Shown: one piece after another, positions 1 through 10,300 of the stretch
How the letters are laid out: every line of letters begins with the position of its first letter
Position numbering within the stretch: the stretch's first letter is position 1
Assembly: GCA_040954595.2 (NCBI GenBank)
Contig: CM082591.2
Location: forward strand, 11,239,309 to 11,303,308
From: Balanoglossus misakiensis
Lineage: Eukaryota > Animalia > Hemichordata
Direction of reading: 5' to 3'
Length of the DNA: 64,000 nt
Program-made: the position numbers and the translations under genes
The notes under the pieces: model-generated
Seen by the model: only the letters and a program-made list of their open reading frames with translations
Database searches by the model: none
What the model was told of the DNA's origin: nothing

Positions 1-645
1 CATTTTAACCAGAGTACGTGATTTCGATAGTGAAATGAAAGAAATCCGTAGTCTGGTGGGGCGAGAATGCCCCGCACTGACACTTCAGTCAATGAAGTTT
101 CATTCAGCTTGTCTCGGCATGTTGCAAAACACCTGGAGACTTTGTTGGGTGATCAGAGATATCAGTGAGCGAATGAATGATGCGTTCGCTTTAAAGCACC
201 TAGCTCGTCTCACACACATGTTTCAGCTGTAGCCGCTGGTTACACACGTTTAGTGAACAGTTTATTCCATAAGGCAGTGCTCTGTCCTAACAACAGACAA
301 GATAGCGGCGACCATAATCTGTGTTGGAGATCGGGAAAAGACACCAGCTTGGGTGAGGAGGGACAAAACCAGAATCTACTTATACGGTGTGCATGAAATA
401 TGGAAGGAAGCGATGGCAGTCCATTATTTGAATGCATCGAACGGAAAATTCGCTGAACATTTGCTGGCTATACGCATGCGCGTGAGACGATCTATTGCCT
501 TTAACTGACAATGAGACATTGCACCGAGTGATTTGGATTTTCAAAGAAGCCAAATGCTTAGGCTGTCTAAGTAAGCTATGTTCAATGCAAACACATACAT
601 TTTTAATTTTGTACTGTTAGTGAATCTTGACAAATCACCACATAC

Positions 646-779
646 CTGTCTTCGAAAATAAGAAAGTTGTGTTTCTCTGCCAACTTCTGCAGGGATTTGA
701 TGAAGTCCTGATTGAAATCTTCCAAAATATCGACGTGTGTTTTCAGCAGACAAATAAATGGTCCAACGCTGTCTGCCAG
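646..779 (-). CDS. UMPS: UMPS exon 6
   Basis: [45 protein letters not shown]; GTATGT donor. Confidence 0.95.
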
Positions 780-3700
780 CTTTATAGAAATATTTTCAGA
801 TTTTTTTTATAAAGGATGACAAAACTAAAGGAGTGTTTTTGGGGGAAAAATCATTGTAAATAGCCTAGTCCTAGCTGGATTGACTTTTTTTTAACATTGA
901 AGCATATCTTGGTGGAATGAAAAAAGTCAATGCACTGGCTTGTTGGATGCTCAAATCTGCTTTGTAATGTTTAGATGAAACAAATAAAATGCAGTGTTTT
1001 TGCAAAGGCTGGGGAACATTGGTAATGGATTTGGGAATGCCGGTAACATTTCTACAACCCCCTAATATAACTACATTCATATATCCAGGGGAACCCCGGT
1101 AAAAAACTAAACTGAAACATATCAGCTTACTTCTTTCTTTTACCAAGTCTAATGATTGCCTTTTAACCATCCCGTTTTTTGTATTCTATCAATTGCAAAG
1201 TCTGGAAGCCAAACTCATGATTTTCAGTTATTTCAAATCAGAAATATATGCATTACATCACCAAGTGTTACCATGGTTACACATTGTATACACACCTCCA
1301 ATACTTGCTGGCACTTGGTGACATCAACGGAGAAACACAGATTTGTCTGTTTGGTGTCCATGATTGTCAACAGTTGCTTAGCAACATGATGAGAACAAAT
1401 CCCAGCACGTTCGTGATAGAGCAGTGTCTGAGGAGAAAGTGCAATATTGTTATGAAGTACCAGTATGTTAAGAATGTGCGAGCAGAACATAAACTGGAAA
1501 ACATTGAGAATAGCTAAAAAACTCACTTCTATTATTGTCATTTTCATGAAAGCTACATGTAACACATAGCTCAGTCAAATAAAAACTGTGCTCTATTTTG
1601 AGATAAACTTTGATAAATGTTTTTCCAATAGACAAACCACTGATGAAAAATGCTGACTCAGCAGTTTTCTTGTTAGAAAATTGGAATCTGTATCTATATC
1701 AGCAGAATTTAGTAATTTCACCTTTTTACTTTTCTTTTTCCTTTGTTCCTGCTGTTGATCAACTTCCTTTGTTTCCACTTTAAAGGTATTTTCCACCAAG
1801 AACTGCTTCACTCGTTTAACAGTATCCACATCAAGCTTGTTGTGTTTCTGTAAAACTTCCAGTATGTCGGACATACCACTCACACTGCATGACATTGTAT
1901 TAAAAACACACAGTACAAACAGCAGTTAGTATAGAATCCACACTTGATCCTGACCTCTTAGAAGTCAATTATACATGTAACCTGGTTTTCTACTGATGGG
2001 CTGAATTAATGAGCAGGGTTGTTGCTCAATATCAGTGACCTGCAGTGTGCCCTCTAACAAACATATTTTTAAAAGCTTTGAGTCAATTTGAGAATTTCTA
2101 AAAATTTCTCTGAGTCAGCCCTATGCCTTGCATGTATTGTGGATAATTTTCTTGAGTCATCAGTGAGTTTGTTGAGTCAGTGGCGTGTCATATAATGTAT
2201 GGGCTCACAGGGCACACTGGTGACTTGAGTTGCCATGGGTCAGATTGGAGACTTTTGACATGCAAATAGCAAAAGTATGCCTGATACATGTTATATGTCT
2301 TACAGTTCCAAAGCATAAACAAACTTCTCATTAACGGGTTCCGCCATGTTGTTTGCCTGTCACCTGGAAACGACAATGCCGTGGGTCACATGACCAGATC
2401 ACATGATTGATATTAAAGAGTAAATTATTTCCATTGCAGATACTCACCAATGTAATTTGATACCCTTCTGTTTAAGCCGTTGTTTGCCTCCTTGTTCTCT
2501 GTCCAATAAAACAACCGCATCAGTGACTGTGATACCAACTTCATCAAGAGACTGAAATACACAAACAAAACTTCTGTCAAACCTGTGTTAGTGGCCACTC
2601 TTTTCAGTGTTTGCGACAATGCAAAATATTGCCTAATGTATGCATTGAAATTGACTCCAGTCTTAGACAATTTTTTTGCATCAACATGCAACTGTTACAA
2701 ACTAGGACAAGGATTATAAGAAAATGTTTCTTGAAAATGGAATTGGAACTGCCCACATGTGCATTGACATTCTTACCAAAGTGGAGAGGTGTCAATTTTC
2801 CAGAGTTGAAGACGGTTTGTAATCTGAGACGCTTCAGAACCGTCTTAATGGGGCCTGTGTGACCCCCATATTTGTGACAAGATTTAACTTGAATATCATG
2901 GTTCTAAAACATTTCAATGCCGTCATAGTGCGAGGAGCCGCAAGTGCAAATCTTTGAGGTTGTAGAGTTAGGAAAGATTACCTATGATTTAACTGTGTGT
3001 GCTATTTTAAGAATTTCTGCTGCAGTTCAGAAAGTTTTCATTTTTCTATGAATCTGAATCCAAATTCTATCCATAATGCCTTTCTCATCTATAATATTGC
3101 ATTCACAGCCCCTCGGGTGTAATGAACGGCTGCTATGGCCCTCATGGCCAGGCAATAGGTGTTCATTATAATATACCTCATGCTAATACTGTGTCGTGAT
3201 TCGCCAGAATTCGTCACGTGATAGGAAAATAGAATCGACTATGAATCTCTAGGGAAATACCAGAAAAACTATAAACCGGTCACGTGACCAACATGAGTTC
3301 ACAGACTCGGGTCACGTCAATAAGCGTCATGAGGTTTATTATAAAACACCTATGGCCTGGCCTATATTCGGGCCATAGCAGCCGTTTTTACCCCCTTGTG
3401 ACTGTGAGTTACCAGATTTATATGCTATTTCCCTCGGCCTACGGCCTCGGGAAATAGCATGTGATTCTGGTAACTCATAGCCCCTCGGGTGTAATAAACG
3501 GCCGCTATGGCCCTCATGGCCAGGCAATAGGTGTTCAAAATAACTACAGGGACACACCTTGACGATTACATACCTGTAGATGATTATATTATATCATGCT
3601 ACCATCTGCGATTCTGATTGGATGAGAGCGATGGTAAAATACTGGTTTACCACTGCTGGCAGTGGTAAAACGGGCCCCTGAACTAGCATGCAGCAGGGAA

Positions 3701-6440
3701 AATGTGCGGTTAAACCACAGTCGCGCGCGATTAAACCAAATAAATAACATAAAATAGTTGAATTTATGGACGTTTTATTCTGGAACTGCTCTGCTCTGAA
3801 TATTTTGTGGTTTTGTCACTTTTTGTCGTCTGCTTCATGTTTGATGCTCGATCTCGGACCGCTCGTGTTTACATTCATCGTCGCCATATTGGTTCACGAT
3901 CGTAACTTTTCTGACGCTGTTTCGTTAAGAAAATGACACTGATATGCCACAAAATCAATTGTTGATATAATATAATAGCAATAACCCTAGCCTCAGTCGG
4001 GTATACACTTGATTTTGGTACAATTCGCTCTATATAGCACTCGCCTGACGGCTCAAGCTATATGTCTCGAATTTTACCAAAATCTCGTGTATACCCGCCT
4101 GCGGCAGGGGTTATTGCTTAATTATTTGACAATAAAATAATACCTCTGCAGTTTCCATGACACTGGATCCACTTGTAACAACATCTTCAACAACAAGACA
4201 TTTGTCACCAACTTGAAAACTGCCCTCAATCATCTTCTTTGTCCCATAATCCTTTGCTTCTTTGCGTCTTATCAACATTGGTACATCATGCTTTGCTGAC
4301 ATCAGGGTTGCTAATGGCAATGCAGTGTAAGGTACACCACAAATACTGACAAATTCAGGATTCTGTTTCTTGGCTGCCTCCCATAAAAACTCAGCAACTT
4401 CATTCTAAACAATAAAAAAAAAGCTACATGTACAGGTATAAAAAAATTTCCTATTACTTGTCAGCAGAGTTTTCAAAGAAGAACAACAACAGCTGATTAA
4501 TTCCAAAGCAACATGATCAAAATTTCAGTGTTGGATGGTATCAGCAGGGGGACATGTCCCACTTTGCCAGAATATTTGAAGGGGATTCCACTCTGGCAAA
4601 GGGGGACTGTAATATCTGCAACATTTTATTGACATCATTTTAAGGGGTGCTGTAGACTAGCCCACTAGTCGCTTGGTGATTTTTAAATCTCAATACTTTT
4701 TGTGTTTTCGGTGGTTTTTTGTCTTAATAAATAATTTCAATACTTTTTGTGTGCATGCTTGCCTTTAGCGCGCTTTTGGTAGTTAGGCGAATTTCGAATT
4801 TGCAATCCCTACACATACATACGCACCCATACACGCTGACGTATTTACTCCACACACGGTACATAGAGAAATTCGGAACAAGTTTTTTAAATGTAGTTAC
4901 ATGTATTATAAAATAATGAAGCCCTTAGACTTGGAGCAAGTCTAGGGGTGCTGGTCCCTTCTTGACGAATTGCTAGAGGGTGCCAACATGTAAATAGGGG
5001 GTGAATCTCCCCATCCCCAGTCTAGATGAAACAGTGCTAAATATGTAAGATTATAAAAAATGACCGTGTCATGGTTTTAGTGACTAAATATCATTGTCAA
5101 CTTATCTGCACAAATGTGGTGACATGGAATATTAGAAGTGGGGAGCCCCGGGGTAGTGAGGACCAGGGAGTCTTCAGTGGTGTTGCATCATCATGAGTGA
5201 AAAATACTAGGCGATTATAATTTTATGATATACAGTGGTAGATAGACACTCTGTTAGGTCAGTGACACATCCCTGGGTAGCTGTGGAAACGCAGCAGCAC
5301 CGTTGGGGGTCAACATATCCCATGGAGGTACTAGTACCTCCATGCATATCCCAACCGGTTGAACCCCAATGTGCAGTAGCGTTTCCATAGCTAATCCCTG
5401 GGCTGATCAGCAGCTAACGTTCAATCAAGGCCAAACACCGCAAGTAAAAGCTAAGCTTCAGTCGCGGTAAGGCCCTGAGCTGCGCCATGTAATACAGGCA
5501 CAGTGTGATGAGGGCTACACCAAAGAAGCAGGATGATTTGGTCCCTCGTTCAGTTTCAGATCTGATGTCGTGAGTGACACGAGGCGACAGAGAGGGAACA
5601 GGTCGTTTCGGCACCAGAGTTTTACGGCCCCAGTCGTTTCGGCACTTACCAGCGCAGCCCCCAAGCGTAAGTTGTTACTAATAACCCAACAAAAACGCTG
5701 CATTTAAAGCTGAAAGTTATACGAATTTTGTATTTCTTCCTTACGAATACGTTAAACTTAAAGTGTGATGTGCATGTGGAGCAGAATACATGTATATTTT
5801 ACATAATGAACGATATCATGGTTGCCATCGATTGTGTTTATCGCTGGTATGAATTTGCACTTTCCCAATTCCGTCTGCTTGAGTTTTACTTTGCTAGCGT
5901 TACCACTATTACTTTTATAACAGTCTAAGGAAAAATACTTACATTTTACTATATGTAACTCAAGGCTGCCGGTAAGTGCCGATCGACTGGGGTCGTGAAA
6001 AATGGGGGCCGAAGCAACTGGGGCCGTAAAACTTTGGGGCCGAAACGACTTGAACCGACGGAGATACTCGTTAGGCACAGAATTTATTGCCAATCGGACT
6101 AACAACGGACGACAGCGATACGTGATGCCAGTGTAGTTCAATTCAACTTGCTCGTTGTCCGTACACCCATGGTAATAACATAGACCATAGGGTCTATGGT
6201 ATAAACAACTTTGATGTTGACATTTCCTGTCGTTCATATCCATACAGGTACTAACAAGGACACGCGTACACGTGTGAAGATCGCCGTCAGAACTCAACTT
6301 ACCATTACGGCGGGGTATGACACTATAACCCGTAGATCAAAGTATACAGGCGACTGTATACCGCTCTTCAGTGTAAAAGAACCGAATTTCACGGCCTTGA
6401 TTTCGAATAGTTGAAGTATTAAATCTTCCAAACTCAACAT
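646..6440 (-). CDS. UMPS: Uridine 5'-monophosphate synthase (OPRTase + ODCase), 5' six coding exons; gene continues beyond the left edge
   Basis: Phase-compatible GT-AG exons 6440-6303, 4404-4144, 2551-2448, 1884-1722, 1427-1296, 779-646. Translation includes [53 protein letters not shown] (PRPP-binding), [25 protein letters not shown] and FLIFEDR. Confidence 0.97.
1296..1427 (-). CDS. UMPS: UMPS exon 5
   Basis: [44 protein letters not shown] (start of ODCase domain). Confidence 0.92.
1722..1884 (-). CDS. UMPS: UMPS exon 4
   Basis: [34 protein letters not shown]...; phases match both neighbouring exons. Confidence 0.88.
2043..2219. mobile_element. hAT-like MITE (related copies at about 10575-10770 and 20000-20127)
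   Basis: CAGTGTGCCCT...AGGGCACACTG ends; 8-bp near-TSD gtgacctg/gtgacttg. Confidence 0.65.
2448..2551 (-). CDS. UMPS: UMPS exon 3
   Basis: [34 protein letters not shown]; TTTCAG acceptor, GTGAGT donor. Confidence 0.93.
3107..3537. repeat. Element bounded by ~60-bp direct repeats, with an internal CTCGGCCTACGGCCTCG hairpin end (Crypton-like?)
   Basis: AGCCCCTCGGGTGTAAT...GCAATAGGTGTTCA at about 3108-3165 and 3479-3537. Confidence 0.5.
3585..4120 (+). mobile_element. Non-autonomous element with subterminal inverted repeat ending GGGGTTATTGCTTAA (Crypton-like); inverted ends also at about 24895-25060 and 55265-55345
   Basis: Shared GCAATAACCC...CTCGCCTGACGGCTC...GGGTTATTGC stem-loop end; family assignment is from recall only. 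Confidence 0.5.
4144..4404 (-). CDS. UMPS: UMPS exon 2
   Basis: AG..GT bounded; [11 protein letters not shown]...[13 protein letters not shown]...[17 protein letters not shown]. Confidence 0.95.
4653..4944. mobile_element. MITE with TAGACT..AGTCTA ends and 9-bp TSD, inserted in a copy of the 10258-10474 family
   Basis: TSD ggggtgctg at 4644-4652 and 4945-4953; the uninterrupted site is visible near 10383. Confidence 0.7.
5278..5393. mobile_element. Short TIR element (TAGCT..AGCTA) with 9-bp TSD, containing a 24-bp palindromic insertion
   Basis: TSD atccctggg at 5269-5277 and 5394-5402; TIR TAGCTGTGGAAACGC / GCGTTTCCATAGCTA. Confidence 0.75.
5595..6056. mobile_element. MULE-like MITE
   Basis: Inverted ends GTCGTTTCGGC..TTTTACGGCCCCAGT / ACTGGGGCCGTAAAA..GCCGAAACGAC; degenerate 9-bp TSD gacagagag/gacggagat. 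Confidence 0.55.
6303..6440 (-). CDS. UMPS: UMPS exon 1
   Basis: ATG at 6440; [46 protein letters not shown], followed by donor GTAAGT. Confidence 0.93.
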
Positions 6441-7186
6441 GTTGTTGTCAATGATCGGCAGCTGGAGAAATCCTTTAGGTCAAAGGTCACATTGAGTGTT
6501 TGTGCGCTGATAGTTTCCTCGTGTCATCAGTATCTTCAGCGTGGTTTTTGTGTCAACAAAGACCTCCGCTTTGTAGTTACCAGTCCCTAAAAGTGATATC
6601 CAACAGTATCATTACGAATTCTCTCTTCAGCATTTTAATCGTGTGATTATTTTAGAGAAAAGAAAGTAGAGTTGCCGAATCCATTGACATTTGATAAGAG
6701 TTTGAGGTGCATTACATCAAATTTCAGGTGTCTCCGCCTACGCTGTCCGATCAATCAGTTATACTCCCTTCAAAAATTACGGACTGACTTCATGAATGAC
6801 TAACAGAAGCAAAATTACGTCAAAATGAAACGACAAATAAATAAAATGCATTATTTTCTCTTTACAACACTACGGTTCACTCTGAATGTTCTTTACTTTG
6901 TCGCGAACAATCGGTTGAGTTATCCCAGCACGGATGTACGCCCTCCACTACACTCAACAGCCAGTATCAGCTTTCGTATTTCCGCAAGTGCAAGATGCCT
7001 CACTCGCAATATACACAGTAATCCGCTAATTCGGGTGCTGAGGGGATGTCCCCCAAACTCACGACTATTTTTCTGACCACAAGGCTTTTTCAAGTCGGCG
7101 TCCTTCCGGGTGTTATGATCTGAGCGGAATCTAACGGTATAACCATTCATAATTTATTGATAAACTCTCGTGAAAATTTTTGAAAA
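6441..7186. promoter_or_regulatory. Probable bidirectional promoter / 5' UTR region between divergent UMPS and MED25
   Basis: Start codons at 6440 (-) and 7187 (+) are about 750 bp apart; no transposon ends seen here, unlike the flanking introns. Confidence 0.65.
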
Positions 7187-7308
7187 ATGGTGGTTGCGGA
7201 CTCCAGTTCGTCGACGTGTGCCGATGTTGTGTTCGTAATAGAAGGGACTGCCAATCTCCACGCATATATCGACCAGTTGAAGACATCCTACGTTCTCCCG
7301 ACTTTAGA
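7187..7308 (+). CDS. MED25: MED25 exon 1
   Basis: [40 protein letters not shown]; GTAAGT donor. Confidence 0.94.
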
Positions 7309-10300
7309 GTAAGTATAAGAAAACACTGACTCATCATTTGAATCACTAAACGTAACAGCTATTGCCCTGGATCCCAACGCCAGATCAGGAACTGTAAATC
7401 GCATTTAGTGCGTTGTTCCCTTTTCTGATCTGCTGTCCGTCTGCTTGCATTGACGTTGTGACATAACTGATTGCCTATTTGTAATCATTTCATTTGACTA
7501 CTCATTGAACACGTGTGATCATTTGGCTGTGCTAGTCGCATTCTTGCCCTCTTGGAATTTCTTGGCGTGGTTCACAATCGTTGTTATTAAACAATGTACA
7601 CTTTAAAAATGCGATCTGCGGCGATTTCCACTAAAGCCGTTTTGAATGCTACTACTGCATGCATTGTATAGTGAACATGTAGTGGGCACCTGTCGTGTGA
7701 ACGTTTTTTTTATCAGTGATTAAAAGTACTGCTATCAGATGAAACAGTACCACTCTGTAACATGGGTTCTGTTCCGTCTGCCGTGATCTTTAAATTTAAC
7801 ACAAATGATCATCGATTCACAGTTATGAAAATATTTATAATTTCCCTTTCGGGCAGCTGTTTATGTAAACACAGTTCATGCATGACATTTGAGATATGAA
7901 ACTTAATTGTGTGTATTTATTTTGATACTTATATATTGATGTGCATATCTGTGTGGGTGGGTGTGTGTCTCAGTTTGTACGTGTGTATATGTGTGTGCAT
8001 GAGTGCTTGTTTTGATATAAACACACATATGACGTGATGTGTAGGGACAGGTTAGGCGTTCTCCAAAGGATAAACACCCTAATTTCAGATCATATTGCAA
8101 TCTTTATATCAAGGTGGAATTTTATAAAGAAATCGTTGTCAGGTGTAGTAGTTACTTTAGGGCTCTGTGTGATGGCTAACTCATTATTTACACAGTGTTC
8201 ACTTGTTGTTGCTGTTATATTTGATATTCACTGTACATGTATATGGCAAATAAAATGCCAACTTCCTGTCTTCTATGTTACCTCACTCCACAAAAGTGTG
8301 CCACATGTTTGTGATTTTGTCCTGCTGGCCAACATGGACTTCCGCTTGAGTGGGTTTCTATTCTTCAGTGGTGATTGAGGCTGTGGCCCACTACCACTAT
8401 TGTTGAGGCCGTCTTTCAGGAACTAGTGTTTACAATCAATGCTGTCAGCAGTCAGAAGTCCTCCATTTCTGGTCGCCAGAAACGTACCGTGGCAATGCCT
8501 TGTGGGCAAATGTATGTGGGTTAGGCATGCATATATGTGCCATGTTACAGGAAAAAGGAGTATAATTTTGATATTTAATGCCTATATAGAACAATTATTT
8601 TTTTAAGAATAGTTTCTGAACACTTCGAATTAGTTACAGTGAATTTCTTTGTGTTTAGATTCTAGGCAACAAACTATTTACAGGGGTCAATGTACCACTC
8701 ACAGATATTGACCACAGCTGAAATTACTGAAGTGTGGCCTCGCTTGTTGAAGAGATTCAGGGAGATGTGATTTATGATCCAAATTGTTTGGTGTTTTTGG
8801 CTGTGCAAGAAGTGAATGGTTTGAATTCTGGTCATCTGGTTCTCATATCCAAAGGATGTAGTAAATGGTTTGAAATCAAATCAGACCAATCACAAAAGAC
8901 AGAATTGGAGACAATCAAAATTTTAAAGTGTATAAGAGACACGAGCAAGCAGTGACTAGGTTGGTGTTCATTTTCATGAGTTGTTTGTAAACGATAAACA
9001 CACACTTATTAATTATTAATATTTATTTTATTAATTTATTATTACATGTTAAGTTGTTTAAAAAACTATAACACTTAGAGGTGTGTTGATACATGTAGTC
9101 CCTTAAAATGCGTATTTGCCTCTTTTTCTTCTTAAACGGCTTTTACTGTCTTGACATGGCTCTCATACACTTGGCAGTTTGAACCCCCTGTAAATTAAAG
9201 GTCTCATGTCATGCTTTGGAAAGTTTTCATTTTTCCACATCAAAAGCTCACCTAAGGTACTTGTCTATGCATTGCCTATTGTGTCGGTTCCGAAAAATGT
9301 GCGCGAATGCCGGAATTTGCCCCCTTTTTTCATGCCTGTGATCAGGGAGCCACTTCGCACTCGAGCCAGGCGAAGGTATTTGCATATGGACAAACAAGTA
9401 CACTACATCGTAGTGTACCATTCTGCTAACAGTATGGTGTAATTAGCGGTCCATGCGTAATTAAGTCCACAGACAAAGACAAGCTATATAAACAGTGTTC
9501 AAAGCAAAGGAAGCCCTTGTTTCACATTACAGGCAGAGGATTTGCGAAGGTGTGAAAGACTATTTGTCCACATCAAGATAAGCCTTCGACTGAACTTCGA
9601 AAAGCCGAAAAAACTCGACTGAGTTGGGTTAGGGGTACACGCCCACCCGCCACTTTTACTTGCTTGTTATCTAAGCACAAGGGGCAAAACGCATTGCAAG
9701 ATAGTAACATACGTTAACTTCAAGACCCAAATAGTGATTTTACGCGTGGTTGTATAGGGCATGGCATGTGACCTTTAATGTAACAAATCATACTCATTAC
9801 TGGTTTGCACTGGTTTGGTTTGAGGGTCTTGTATACCATTACCAGTGTCAACCGACTTGGCAGCGTTAGGGTTAAAGTTTAAAACAAAATTTTGACCTTG
9901 TTTATATAATTGTACATGTACGTCCAGCGGCTGGTACATACATGTAGTGTCCCGTGAACTGAAGCAATGTTTATTAGATAAGTTATGTAGTCAAATATTG
10001 TCAGATAAACGATGACAGGTTGACAATACAGTAGTACATTTGTATTATTATCATATAAGAATTTGATTGTTTTGTGAGATGGGTTGAACGGACAGACGTG
10101 GCATCCTTGTGGCCGAGTCCATTGTCCAAAATGTTGAAACCCATATTTTGTACTTTGAGAATATAATCTGAATCTATCATACAATGTTTGGATTGATAAA
10201 TGAAATTTTTCCAATAACCATGCCCAAGTTCACTTTCTCAATAATTACATGTACCTGCAGTGTTTCATTCAGGATGATACCAACAAGGGGGATATGTCCC

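Noticed and set aside
5758-6297. 179-aa ORF next to UMPS exon 1
   Set aside because: It runs through intron 1 and a MITE; not UMPS-like and uses a non-ATG start.
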